In this document: positions 32,503-41,899 of the stretch, in pieces
Layout: each line of letters starts with the position of its first letter
How positions within the stretch are numbered: the first letter of the stretch is position 1
Assembly (NCBI GenBank): GCA_944376295.1
Contig: CALWCE010000003.1
Location: 10,723 to 74,722, forward strand
Origin: an uncultured Clostridia bacterium
Lineage (GTDB): Bacteria; Bacillota; Clostridia; Christensenellales; Borkfalkiaceae
Length of the DNA: 64,000 bases
Reading direction: 5' to 3'
Translations under genes and position numbers: made by a program
Notes under the pieces: generated by a model
Databases searched by the model: none
The model's input: only the letters and a program-made list of their open reading frames with translations
What the model was told of the DNA's origin: nothing

Positions 32503-34180
32503 ACTGAAAACTTCGGCGTATGACAAATTGACGCCGCAGCGGAAGCTGCTCGTAGATGCCGTTCTTTCTAATCTTGAAAAAGGTACGGGGCTGTGGGAAC
32601 AGGGTTGGTCTGGCGGCAGCGCGCCGGTATCGGCGATTACGGGAAAGCAGTATAACGGGGTAAACCGTATCTTTTTGCTGCTCGCCTCGATGGAGAAGGG
32701 GTATGCGGATAACCGCTGGCTGACTTATAAGCAGATGGAGGACAAGGGCTGGCACTTCAAAACGGACGAAGAAGGCAGAAGCCTCGGCAAAGGTGCGGGC
32801 GTTGCCATCGAATACTTTGAGCTTCGGGATAAGGAAACCAAACAGCCCTTTGACAGGCATACGTTGGACGGCATGACGGCGGAGGAGCGCGCGGAATACA
32901 TGGACGAGAACGTGTATCCTTTGCGCAAATATTACCGCGTGTTCAACGGCGATGTCATCGAGGGCATCCCCGAACGCAAGAGGACGGAGCATGATCACTC
33001 GGGGCAGAACGCCCGCGCGGAAGCGCTCATCGGCTTTTGGAGCGATACGGAAAGCCCGATCCGCTACGGCGGGAGTGCGGCGTATTACTCGCCGAAAACG
33101 GACGAGATACACTTGCCGCAAAAAGAGGACTTCGTGGATATGCCCGAATACTATTCAACGGCATTGCACGAGATCGGACACAGCACGGGTCATGAAAAGC
33201 GGCTGAACCGCAGTCTATCGTCAGACCGCAGTTCTTCCGAATATGCAACGGAGGAGCTGCGTGCGGAGATCGCGTCCATGTTTTTCGAACAGGACTTGGG
33301 GGTAGCGGTCAAGGACAAGCATATCGAGAACAACAGCGCGTACATAGCGGCGTGGAAAAGCGCCATCAAAGAAGACCCGAACATCCTGTTCAAAGCCATT
33401 GCCGATGCCGAGCGTATCACAAAGTTCGTCATGGCAAAAGAAAAAGAAATCAAGAAAGAAACGGAAGCCTACGCCGTGGTAGAGGAAACGGACGAATACG
33501 GCGAACCCGTCTATAAGGTCATGATGGCTTCGGAATACGGGCAGACGCAGTACGCATTGAGCGGGTATCCCTTCCGCAGCCGCGAGGCGCTTATGGCAGA
33601 GTTCGGCAAAATGCAGGAGCTGCCGCTTTGGAAGGACAAGCAGTTCGAGGAAGTGAGCCGCGAAGAGTTGGAAGCGAGGAGCATCAAACGCGCGGAGGAG
33701 CAGGACGCGAAAGCCGAGCGGCTCTCAAAAATTCAGGAGGAGAAGTCGGACGTATTTGCCCCGCCCAGCGAATTTGCGGCATCCATGTCCGAAGAGAAGC
33801 CTGCGGCAAAAGCCGTGGATATGTCGGGCAGGGGGATAGACAGCCTTACCCGCATGGAGGACAGGGAACTTGTCGAACGGGCAAGCGCAACCAAACAGGG
33901 CGCAAAGTTTTCCGCATTGTTCAACGGCATTTCTGTTCTCGGCAGCGAGGAAAAGAACGAGCGCTCGCTTATGGCGCGGCTCGCGGTACATACGACAGAC
34001 AAGGAAAAGCTGCTGCGCGTGTTCCGCGCGTCGGGGCAATACCGCGACGAAAAGCCGAACGCCTATTATGAGAAACTGGCAGCGGAAGAGCTCGGCTTTA
34101 TTGCAGGGCTTCGCCGCAGGCAAGAGCAGGGACAGACCAAAACGGAGCACAGGCGCGCAGGCGTCAATGCAAAGAGTTAA
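32492..34180 (+). CDS. ardC: ArdC-like antirestriction protein (ssDNA-binding N-domain + zincin HExxH protease) with long C-terminal extension
   Basis: N-terminus LEKGTGLWEQGW..ITGKQYNGVNRIFLL..RWLTYKQMEDKGWHFK (DUF1738-like) and metalloprotease motif ALHEIGHSTGH. The start is TTG 32492. At 562 aa it is far longer than the ~300 aa typical for the family. Confidence 0.8.
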   Translation: MSDELKTSAYDKLTPQRKLLVDAVLSNLEKGTGLWEQGWSGGSAPVSAITGKQYNGVNRIFLLLASMEKGYADNRWLTYKQMEDKGWHFKTDEEGRSLGKGAGVAIEYFELRDKETKQPFDRHTLDGMTAEERAEYMDENVYPLRKYYRVFNGDVIEGIPERKRTEHDHSGQNARAEALIGFWSDTESPIRYGGSAAYYSPKTDEIHLPQKEDFVDMPEYYSTALHEIGHSTGHEKRLNRSLSSDRSSSEYATEELRAEIASMFFEQDLGVAVKDKHIENNSAYIAAWKSAIKEDPNILFKAIADAERITKFVMAKEKEIKKETEAYAVVEETDEYGEPVYKVMMASEYGQTQYALSGYPFRSREALMAEFGKMQELPLWKDKQFEEVSREELEARSIKRAEEQDAKAERLSKIQEEKSDVFAPPSEFAASMSEEKPAAKAVDMSGRGIDSLTRMEDRELVERASATKQGAKFSALFNGISVLGSEEKNERSLMARLAVHTTDKEKLLRVFRASGQYRDEKPNAYYEKLAAEELGFIAGLRRRQEQGQTKTEHRRAGVNAKS

Positions 34181-34202
34181 AGAATAAGGAGGAAGAACAA
34201 AG

Positions 34203-34526
34203 ATGAAAGACGTCAGGATCAAGCAGGAGCACTACGGCGTCATCAAGGAGATGACGGACAGACAGGCGGGGGAGTTTGTGAAAAAGCTCTGCGCCCGTAT
34301 CTATGAAGGGAAGCCGCTTTTTACAAAGGACGCATATCTGAAGGGTGTGTTCGTCTCGGTGGAACGCGAGCTTGCCGTGTCGCGACAGAACAGCCTCAAC
34401 GCAAGAAAGGGCGCGGAGAAGCGCGCAGAAAGACAGCGCGGGAAACAGCTTGCAGGGCTGGGGTTTGCGCTCGGGAGCGTGTTGGCGGCTGCGCAGGATG
34501 CGGAGAAAGAGGGCGCGGATGAGTGA
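34203..34526 (+). CDS. Hypothetical protein
   Basis: 107 aa with an RBS (AGGAGG) upstream. It is translationally coupled to the MTase (ATGAGTGA overlap). I recognise no family. Confidence 0.45.
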   Translation: MKDVRIKQEHYGVIKEMTDRQAGEFVKKLCARIYEGKPLFTKDAYLKGVFVSVERELAVSRQNSLNARKGAEKRAERQRGKQLAGLGFALGSVLAAAQDAEKEGADE

Positions 34527-35463
34527 ACTTTATTGCGGCGACGCAGCGCAAGTTCTTCAAAGCATTCCCCGGCGAAGCGTGCAAATGTGCGTGACAAGCC
34601 CGCCCTATTACGGACTCAGAGACTATGAGAAGGACGGGCAGATCGGCAGAGAAAGCAGCCCCGAAGCGTATATCGCAAACCTTGTCAAAGTCTTTGACGA
34701 AGTATACCGCGTCCTCATGGACGACGGTACCCTGTGGCTGAATATCGGCGATGCATACGCACATAGACCGTATGCAAACGTCAAGCGAAAAGATCTCATC
34801 GGCATTCCGTGGATGCTCGCTTTTGCCCTTCGTGAGCGCGGTTGGTATCTGCGGTCGGACGTCATCTGGCGCAAGACGAACGCCATGCCGGAGGGCGCGA
34901 AAGACAGACCGTCGAGATGCTACGAGCATATCTTTCTGTTCGCAAAATCGCCGCGCTATTACTTTGACTATCATGCGTTGGAACAGCCCGTTGCGGCGGA
35001 AACCAAAGCGCGGTATCAAAGAAACCGCTCGGAAAGGTCGAAGTATTTTGCGAGCAGCTATGGGCAGGGGCTTGAAAAGCATCTCGGACAAGTGACGGAA
35101 GAGGGCAGGCAGGTTTGCAGGGGAAAGGACGTGTGGGACATCAGCACGAACGCTTACCGCATGGGGGAACACTTTGCCATGTTTCCCGAAAAGCTCGTCG
35201 AGCCTTGCATCCTCGCAGGAAGCAAGGAAGGCGATACAGTGTTAGACCCGTTCTTCGGCAGCGGCACGACGGGTGCGGTCGCGAAACGGCTCGGAAGAAG
35301 TTACATCGGGATAGACCTCAACCCGTGCTATCTTGAAAAGGCGGAGATGCGGATCGCGTTGGTCAAATCAAAACCGTCGCAGGAAAATGCGGCGGAAAAG
35401 CTCCAAAAACCGCAGGAAAATGCGGCAGAGGAGAGTCCGAAACGACCGCGGGAGGTGGGATGA
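34519..35463 (+). CDS. DNA methyltransferase (N6A/N4C, beta-class; no cognate nuclease adjacent)
   Basis: Starts MSELYCGDAAQVL. Motif IV SPPY comes before motif I DPFFGSGTT (order IV...I). The track ORF begins further upstream at 34345. Confidence 0.85.
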   Translation: MSELYCGDAAQVLQSIPRRSVQMCVTSPPYYGLRDYEKDGQIGRESSPEAYIANLVKVFDEVYRVLMDDGTLWLNIGDAYAHRPYANVKRKDLIGIPWMLAFALRERGWYLRSDVIWRKTNAMPEGAKDRPSRCYEHIFLFAKSPRYYFDYHALEQPVAAETKARYQRNRSERSKYFASSYGQGLEKHLGQVTEEGRQVCRGKDVWDISTNAYRMGEHFAMFPEKLVEPCILAGSKEGDTVLDPFFGSGTTGAVAKRLGRSYIGIDLNPCYLEKAEMRIALVKSKPSQENAAEKLQKPQENAAEESPKRPREVG

Positions 35464-35491
35464 TTTGACGCAAAAAAACAGGCAGGATAAG

Positions 35492-35550
35492 GAAAGTGCC
35501 ACAGGCACTTTCGAAACGCCGAAATCGGCGTTACAAAGCGGGAAACCCGC
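35492..35550. other. Three consecutive hairpins upstream of the mobilisation genes (candidate oriT and/or terminator)
   Basis: GAAAGTGCC-aca-GGCACTTTC 35492-35512; AACGCC-gaaatc-GGCGTT 35515-35532; GCGGG-aaa-CCCGC 35538-35550, followed by CTTTGTGTTTTTC. Confidence 0.35.
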
Positions 35551-35573
35551 CTTTGTGTTTTTCGGGGACGGAC

Positions 35574-36035
35574 ATGGCTGAAAACAGAATAGAGGATCAT
35601 CGAAGCAGGCGGTATATTCGCATTACCGATGAGGATAGTTGGCTCATGATCGATGAGATCGCAAGGACAGACTACTATAGTAAGAGCTTCAATAAGATCA
35701 TCAACGACGCGCTCTTTTATGGCTTGCCGATTTTATATGATAAAGTGATCGGAGCGGAAAATATCGCGGAACAGGAAAAGCGAGAGTTGACCGGCGGTGA
35801 AGAGGTGACGGCGGGGAATTTGCGGTTTTACGCACTGCTTGTAAGACTTCTTCGTGAAGTCATCCTCAATGTGACGATCAATAAATCCTTGCTTTCAACG
35901 CTATGCAATGAAAAGGAATGCGAATTGCGCAGAGAGAAAATAACGGCAGAGAAGTTTGCGGGCGGATATTATTCGGATACGCCGGACTATCTTGTGAGGT
36001 ATGAAGCAGAGGAGCTAAAGAAGTTAAGGAAATGA
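35574..36035 (+). CDS. Putative relaxosome accessory protein (MobC/RHH-like)
   Basis: 153 aa from the ATG at 35574 (RRYIRITDEDSWLMIDEIAR...). It lies immediately upstream of the relaxase and overlaps it (ATGA). Confidence 0.4.
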   Translation: MAENRIEDHRSRRYIRITDEDSWLMIDEIARTDYYSKSFNKIINDALFYGLPILYDKVIGAENIAEQEKRELTGGEEVTAGNLRFYALLVRLLREVILNVTINKSLLSTLCNEKECELRREKITAEKFAGGYYSDTPDYLVRYEAEELKKLRK

Positions 36036-37339
36036 GCAATCAACCCATCGTTTTCAATATCCAATACACCCCTTACAAACTGCCCAAAAACGCAACGGCG
36101 GCAGAACGCGAGCAGCACGCATCGGACAGGGCATTCTTCGATATGACGGGAGGGAAGAATATTTTTGACTATATCACGACAGAGGAAAAATGTACAGGCG
36201 GCTATTCGATGTTTGATTACCTACAAAAGAACACGGGCGTATTTAATGAAACGGGGATGCTGCCCGAGCGAGACATTGCAAGCATGAAAGCGCGGCTGAA
36301 GGAGAACCGCGGCGTGATCTGGCACGGCTTCGTGTCGCTTGGGGCGGAAGATTCCTATAAGATCGATTCCCCGGAGAAATGTATCCGCATGGTCAAGCAG
36401 ATTTTTCCGACATTTTTCAGGGATATGAATCTTAAACCCCAGAATGTCGATTTGATGTGCGCATTGCATTTGGATAAGCCTCATCATCTGCATTGTCACT
36501 TTGTTTTTTGGGAAAAAGAGCCGAAGTTCAAAGACGCAAAGAACGGGCAGCTTGTATATCGGCGGCAAGGAAAGGTGCGGAAAGATGCAATCGATAAAAT
36601 GTTTGTACGTCTTGGGTTATTTTTCAGCGATGACAAAGATGTGCTGTATAAAAGTCGTGACGAGGCGATCCGTGACTTAAAAGAACTGCTCGGAGCAAAG
36701 GCGTTTGTCTATAAGCCGGAAGACGTGAAAAAAGAGATTCTCGCGCTTGCGCGGGATCTGCCCAAAAGCGGGCGCGTCACTTACGGCAGCAAGGACATGG
36801 AGCCGTTCCGTGCGCGGGTGGACAAGATCGTGCAGATGCTGCTTTTGACGGACAGGCGTGCGCGTATGGCGGACAGGCGGTTTCACCGCGCGCTTGCAGG
36901 GCGCGAGAGGGAGATCGCGAACATTTGCGGGCAGCCGTTTGCCTATTCCAATAAAAATATCTCGCCCGAAAAAATGGAGAGCGAACTCCCGAAGTACCAC
37001 AATGTGATCGACGGGAAAAATATTCGCATCATCGACGAAATCAAAGCGGACTACAAGCGTCGGCAGGGGAATCTCGTCGTGAATCTTGCAAAATCCATCA
37101 AGCCCGAATGCTACGAGAATAAACGCAAGAGAAAAGTCAACGATCATGCTTTGAAGAGAACGCTTGCTATTTCTAAGAAAAAGATTGGCGGTTCGTTCAA
37201 AGAATTTTTGAATTCGTTCGGGGCAGAGTGCGAGTATATCGAGCGTGACTACTGCCGTAGGTTGCAGGAGATCGAGGAGGAGATGAAGCGCGAAAAAGAA
37301 AAGGATGACGCCGCAGAACACGACGGCGAAACCAAGTAA
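36032..37339 (+). CDS. Conjugative relaxase (MobL/MOBP-like)
   Basis: 435 aa with a histidine triad-like motif HLDKPHHLHCHFVFWE. It sits between the accessory protein and the coupling protein. Confidence 0.6.
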   Translation: MSNQPIVFNIQYTPYKLPKNATAAEREQHASDRAFFDMTGGKNIFDYITTEEKCTGGYSMFDYLQKNTGVFNETGMLPERDIASMKARLKENRGVIWHGFVSLGAEDSYKIDSPEKCIRMVKQIFPTFFRDMNLKPQNVDLMCALHLDKPHHLHCHFVFWEKEPKFKDAKNGQLVYRRQGKVRKDAIDKMFVRLGLFFSDDKDVLYKSRDEAIRDLKELLGAKAFVYKPEDVKKEILALARDLPKSGRVTYGSKDMEPFRARVDKIVQMLLLTDRRARMADRRFHRALAGREREIANICGQPFAYSNKNISPEKMESELPKYHNVIDGKNIRIIDEIKADYKRRQGNLVVNLAKSIKPECYENKRKRKVNDHALKRTLAISKKKIGGSFKEFLNSFGAECEYIERDYCRRLQEIEEEMKREKEKDDAAEHDGETK

Positions 37340-37563
37340 ACGGAGGTGTAACAGTGAAATGACTTTAATTAATAATTGCGGCGCAAGCAAAATCACACTT
37401 TTGCACAGCGCAACTCAATTTGTGCATACTTGCGCCTCAGCGGTGGAAATGCCAGCGATTATAAAATTGTGTGCCCTTAAATATCGCGGGCAGGGAGGCA
37501 GCGCCTCCAAAAATCACGGAATTTCGCAGGCGCATCAAGCCGAGAAATTCGTGAGGAGTTTGT

Positions 37564-39768
37564 ATGAAATTAAAACGACATAGGAAGACCAAATCGTGGA
37601 AGGGTGGGATAGGGGTAGGAGTATTTGTTGCCGTCTGTGTGAGCGTGCTCGTGGCGTTCCTGTTTGCGTTGGCGGGATGTGATCTTGCGGGGATATTCGG
37701 GAACAGGAATTACTGGCTCTCGGTCGGGGTCGCAAACGGGCTGCTGCTCGTCGCGTTCCTTCTGATGTACCGCATCGACGCGCAGAACGTTGCGCTCCAT
37801 GAGAACGATTTGGAAGATACCGAGTGGCTGACGACGAAGAAACTTAAAAAGCTCAAAGAGTTTGCGGTCACGACTTGGGAGAAGATGCCGGAGCACGACG
37901 ACGAGATCGTCATCGGCGCGGAGAAGAAAGGAAAGGAATTGGAGATCATCTCCACGAGCGCCCTGCACGCGCTCATCGTCGGTACGACGGGCAGCGGCAA
38001 AACGACGGGCTTTGTCGATCAGAATATCGCCGTTTTAGGCAAGAGCAAAGGGAAACCGAGCCTTATCATCGCCGACCCCAAAAAGGAGCTGTACGAAAAG
38101 CACGCAAAGCAGTTAGAAAGCGAGGGCTATAAAATCTCCACGCTCGATCTCAGAGAGCCGTATTCGTCGGCACGATGGAACCCCATGCAGGTGCTCATCC
38201 GCCGTATCCGTCAGGTGAAAGAGTTGCAGAACGACCTAAAACAGGAGGACGGCAAATACTACGCCTGCGGCGAGGTGTTCTTATCCCACCGTGACGCCCG
38301 CACAAGGGTGCAGGAGTTAAAGGACGAGATCTTCGAGAACGCGATGGATTTGGTATATACGCTCTGTCCCGTTCAAAACAAAGACCAGCCCACATGGGAA
38401 GAGGGTGCGCGTAACCTCATCTTCGGTCTGGTGCTTGCCTTCTGCGAGGATGTCATTTCGGGCAAGATGGACGAAAAGCAGTTGCAGCTCTTTAACGTGT
38501 ACCATAATGTGACCAAATATTGCTCTGAGGACACGACGGCATTAAAGCAATACCTGCTCGAAGGCAGGGATGAGTTTTCAAAGGTGAGGGGGCTTGTCAA
38601 CACGGTACTCATCACGAGCGACAAGACATTGACGAGCTATCTTTCCGAAGTCAACAGCTATATGCAGCAGCTTTCGGACGACGGCATTCTTTCGATGACG
38701 AGCGAAAATGACATCGACATAGCAAACATGGACGAAAGTCCGAACGCGCTGTTTGTCATCGTGCCGGACGAGCGGTTCACGCGCCACCGATTTGTTACGC
38801 TGTTTCTCACGCAGACCTATAAGGAGCTGGTCGAAAAGGCGAATACCAATCTTCGTAAGAAGCAGACGGATACGGCGATCTTAAAACGCCGCGCCTATTA
38901 CATTTTGGACGAGTTTGCAAATCTTCCGAAGATGGAGAACATCGAAGGCATGGTCACGGTCGGGCGTTCAAGGGGTATCCGGTATCTGTTCGTGTTACAG
39001 AGCTTTTCACAGTTGAATGCCAAGTACGGGAAAGACGTTGCGGATATTCTGAAGTCCAACTGCAATGTAAAGTTGTTTATCGGCTCGGACGATGCGGAGA
39101 CGAGGAAAGAGTTTTCCGAACTTTGCGGGCAGAAGAAGGTCAAGAGCTTTTCGGTGAATACAAGCGCGGAAAACCCTGCGTCCTCGAATACGGGCGCGAG
39201 CAATCAGCCGCTCATAACGCCGGGGATGCTCGAGCGTTTGAACGGCGACGAAAAGGGCGACGCGATTGTTTCGGTGAGAGGCTATGAGCCGATCTGGACG
39301 CGGTTCACATCGTCGTATGAGCTAAAACACATTTATTTTGCGGCGGGTAAGGCGGATATTGGGAAGCGCGAAGCGCGGCTTTTCGATAAGAGCCAATATG
39401 TGTTCGATATTTGCGGCGGAAGTCAGGCAGAGGAAGAAGAAAGACAGCTCATCGCGATCGAGCAGCGGGAGCGGGAAGGAACAGGGAGTGCGCCGAACAT
39501 TGCCGAGCTCGACGCGGCATGGTCAGAGCAGCGCGAAGCGATCCGGAAGAAGGTGAGCTCTGCTGCGGCGGTCCTCGGCGATGAGGACGCTCAGGCGTTG
39601 GTGGAAGCAAAGCTGGAGAATAAGCAGACGCTGATCGCGCTCCTCTTGCAGGAGTACACCGATTTTTCTGTCCGCCAAAAGCTCAACTCGCTCTCGGCAT
39701 ATCTGAGCGAAGCGCTCCCCAAACTGCTCGAATTGCAGGAAAAGGCAAAACAATATCCCGCCGCATGA
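37564..39768 (+). CDS. Type IV coupling protein (VirD4/TraG family)
   Basis: Two N-terminal TM helices, Walker A GTTGSGKT, Walker B YYILDEFANL, and TVGRSRGIRYLFVLQSFSQL. Confidence 0.85.
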   Translation: MKLKRHRKTKSWKGGIGVGVFVAVCVSVLVAFLFALAGCDLAGIFGNRNYWLSVGVANGLLLVAFLLMYRIDAQNVALHENDLEDTEWLTTKKLKKLKEFAVTTWEKMPEHDDEIVIGAEKKGKELEIISTSALHALIVGTTGSGKTTGFVDQNIAVLGKSKGKPSLIIADPKKELYEKHAKQLESEGYKISTLDLREPYSSARWNPMQVLIRRIRQVKELQNDLKQEDGKYYACGEVFLSHRDARTRVQELKDEIFENAMDLVYTLCPVQNKDQPTWEEGARNLIFGLVLAFCEDVISGKMDEKQLQLFNVYHNVTKYCSEDTTALKQYLLEGRDEFSKVRGLVNTVLITSDKTLTSYLSEVNSYMQQLSDDGILSMTSENDIDIANMDESPNALFVIVPDERFTRHRFVTLFLTQTYKELVEKANTNLRKKQTDTAILKRRAYYILDEFANLPKMENIEGMVTVGRSRGIRYLFVLQSFSQLNAKYGKDVADILKSNCNVKLFIGSDDAETRKEFSELCGQKKVKSFSVNTSAENPASSNTGASNQPLITPGMLERLNGDEKGDAIVSVRGYEPIWTRFTSSYELKHIYFAAGKADIGKREARLFDKSQYVFDICGGSQAEEEERQLIAIEQREREGTGSAPNIAELDAAWSEQREAIRKKVSSAAAVLGDEDAQALVEAKLENKQTLIALLLQEYTDFSVRQKLNSLSAYLSEALPKLLELQEKAKQYPAA

Positions 39769-39776
39769 GCGGCGGG
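39757..39776. terminator. Hairpin between convergent genes
   Basis: CCCGCCGC-atga-GCGGCGGG, a perfect 8-bp stem spanning the T4CP stop codon. Confidence 0.4.
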
Positions 39777-39781
39777 ATGGG

Positions 39782-40183
39782 TCAGAACCTTTTCAAGAAC
39801 TCGGCGGGGGTCACGATCTCAGGGTGCGTTAAACCGGTATCCGAAAAGTCATCGTCACCCGAAAGAAGGACGTCGACGTTTTCGATGACGGCAGTATACA
39901 AGATAGGGTAGTCTTTGGGATCGCGGATGGAAAACAGAGCTTTTTCGATATGTTCGGGCGTATAGACAAGTTCAAAGGAAAGTTTTTCAAAGAACGTGTC
40001 AAGCTCGCTCAGACGGGAGGGGAATTTCTTCCGTACAACGCGCTTGAGTTCGTCTAAGACATACGAGCAGATGACAAGCTCATGTTTCCGAATGCAGTGC
40101 GACAAAGCTTCCGCCGCACGCCCTTGAGGGAAGAGGATGGCGGAAAATAGGACATTGGTATCGACCATGATTCGCTCGAGCAA
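39782..40183 (-). CDS. PIN-domain toxin (VapC-like)
   Basis: 133 aa with IMVDTNVLFSAIL (first acidic residue of the PIN fold) and a C-terminal LLSGDDDF. It is paired with an upstream AbrB-type gene. Confidence 0.8.
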   Translation of the reverse strand: MLERIMVDTNVLFSAILFPQGRAAEALSHCIRKHELVICSYVLDELKRVVRKKFPSRLSELDTFFEKLSFELVYTPEHIEKALFSIRDPKDYPILYTAVIENVDVLLSGDDDFSDTGLTHPEIVTPAEFLKRF

Positions 40184-40189
40184 TACCTC

Positions 40190-40432
40190 TTATACGCTTT
40201 TCAAAAAAGCTGCGACGTCATCCTCGCTTTGTAGCCCCGCTTCTTCGGCGGCGCCCGCAAAAGCTGACTGCACATCTTTGAGTGCCAGTATGGAAGAGTT
40301 GGCAAGATAGACGCGGTCGTTTTCATCGGTGATAAAAGCGACTTTACAGCCTTCGGTGAGGTGGAGTTTTTTACGCAGTTCTAAGGGGATCGTGACTTGC
40401 CCCTTGGACGAGATCTTGGATACTTCGATCAT
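40190..40432 (-). CDS. AbrB/SpoVT-family antitoxin
   Basis: 80 aa; KISSKGQVTIPLELRKKLHL is the AbrB/MazE swapped-hairpin motif. It ends 7 nt before the PIN gene. Confidence 0.8.
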   Translation of the reverse strand: MIEVSKISSKGQVTIPLELRKKLHLTEGCKVAFITDENDRVYLANSSILALKDVQSAFAGAAEEAGLQSEDDVAAFLKSV

Positions 40433-40548
40433 GCCATATACCTCCGATATGATTTGGTAAAGAAAGTAAAGAAATCTTTACCTTATCTATAGTATATGCT
40501 ACATCGATCGATTTGTCAAGAGGGAAAAAGAAAAAAAGGAGGGATGAT

Positions 40549-41883
40549 TTGAAAAAGTTTTTATTGGCAGGACTGATGGTATGCGGCATGCTCGTGCCCG
40601 TGGCACTGATGGGGTGTGCCGCATCGGAAAGCAATGCGGATCCACCCGCGGCATGGGAAGAGACGGCAGGCGTTGTCCGGAGCGTGGCGGAAGGGGTATC
40701 GCTGCAAGCTGCGGCGCTAGCGAACATATCCTGTGACCATACCTTTGCCGCGGTGCAGACGGTGGAGCCGTCCTGTACGGAGCAGGGTTATACCCTATAC
40801 GCCTGCTCGCAGTGCGGGCAGAGCTATATGGACGACTTTACCCCCGCGAAGGGGCATACGATGCGAGAGATCGTTGTGGAGCCGACTTGCACGCATCAGG
40901 GGTACACGACGCACTTTTGCACCGTCTGCGGCTATGAGTATTCAGACGCTTACAAGGAGGAGCGCGGGCATAAGTATGTTTCGGAAAAGATAGACCCCAC
41001 CTGCACGCAGGCGGGCTGCACGCTGCATACCTGTTCGGTCTGCGGCGACAGCTATCGGGACGATTACCGCGAAGCGCTCGGGCATGCGTATGCCGAAGAG
41101 ACGTTTGCCCCGACCTGCACGAGCGAAGGTTACACGAAACAGACTTGTTCAAGGTGCGGCGACGAGGTAACGATGGACTATGTGCCCGCACTCGGGCATA
41201 CATACACCCAAACGACGATCGCGCCGACGTGCGTGAGCTACGGATATACCGAACACCTCTGCTCCGTCTGCGGGGATCGGTACGTTACCGACTATACCGA
41301 GGCAAAGGGGCATACCTTTCTCGACGTGCTCGTCGAGGCGACGCCCGAGAGCATCGGCTATACGCGGCACATCTGCATCGTCTGCGACTACAGCTATATC
41401 TCCGACTATGTGACGAGCGGCGATACGGGCTATATCGAACCGCCCGGACAAGACCATGCGCATGCGTATGCGTTCTATGTGCAGGATGCGCCCGAGGAGA
41501 AGTACTTCATCGCGCGCTATGTCTGTGACTGCGGTGCAAGCGCCGTGGGCAATGTGTCGGTCATGGCGGTCGGCGAAGACGGCGCGGCGGTACAACTTTC
41601 TGTCAACGAATACGGGCAGGTGGACTATTCCCGCCTTTCGGGAAGCTATACGGTGCGCATCACGGACGGAGCGGGGGAACTTCTCAAAGAGTTTTCCGTG
41701 ACGGCGGAAGGGAAATCGCCCGAGGACAAGCCGCAGGAGCCGCCCGAAGAGACGGAACAGGGAAAAGAGGGGCGCAGTACGGGGACGACGGTCCTGCTGC
41801 TGTTCATCCTCATACTACTCGCCGCAGGCGGTGCCGCGGCATGGCTTCTTATCAGAAGGAAGAAAAAGAAAGATCAAAAGTAA
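40549..41883 (+). CDS. Cys3His-repeat surface lipoprotein with C-terminal TM anchor
   Basis: TTG 40549 lies 6 nt after a GGAGG RBS and gives (M)KKFLLAGLMVCGMLVPVALMGC (lipobox). There are five full and one degenerate ~38-aa repeats CTxxGYTxxxCxxCG..Y..x9-11..GH. The C-terminal TM is LLLFILILLAAGGAAAWLLI followed by RRKKKK. Confidence 0.7.
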   Translation: MKKFLLAGLMVCGMLVPVALMGCAASESNADPPAAWEETAGVVRSVAEGVSLQAAALANISCDHTFAAVQTVEPSCTEQGYTLYACSQCGQSYMDDFTPAKGHTMREIVVEPTCTHQGYTTHFCTVCGYEYSDAYKEERGHKYVSEKIDPTCTQAGCTLHTCSVCGDSYRDDYREALGHAYAEETFAPTCTSEGYTKQTCSRCGDEVTMDYVPALGHTYTQTTIAPTCVSYGYTEHLCSVCGDRYVTDYTEAKGHTFLDVLVEATPESIGYTRHICIVCDYSYISDYVTSGDTGYIEPPGQDHAHAYAFYVQDAPEEKYFIARYVCDCGASAVGNVSVMAVGEDGAAVQLSVNEYGQVDYSRLSGSYTVRITDGAGELLKEFSVTAEGKSPEDKPQEPPEETEQGKEGRSTGTTVLLLFILILLAAGGAAAWLLIRRKKKKDQK

Positions 41884-41899
41884 AGGGAGGATATAAGAT

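Noticed and set aside
32296-32526. N-terminal 77-aa extension of the DinD-like ORF in the track
   Set aside because: The extension overlaps the plus-strand small ORF and the ardC start, has hydrophobic nonsense composition, and DinD-family similarity begins only at the internal ATG (32295).
37359-37583. 74-aa ORF (MTLINNCGASK...) in the relaxase-T4CP gap
   Set aside because: The RBS spacing is weak (12 nt), I recognise no family, and it overlaps the T4CP start. The gap more likely holds regulatory or oriT-type sequence, but it remains unresolved.
39782-40432. PIN/AbrB pair as something novel
   Set aside because: This is a standard type II VapBC-like addiction module commonly carried by ICEs. 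It is annotated as a feature and nothing in the sequence is unusual.
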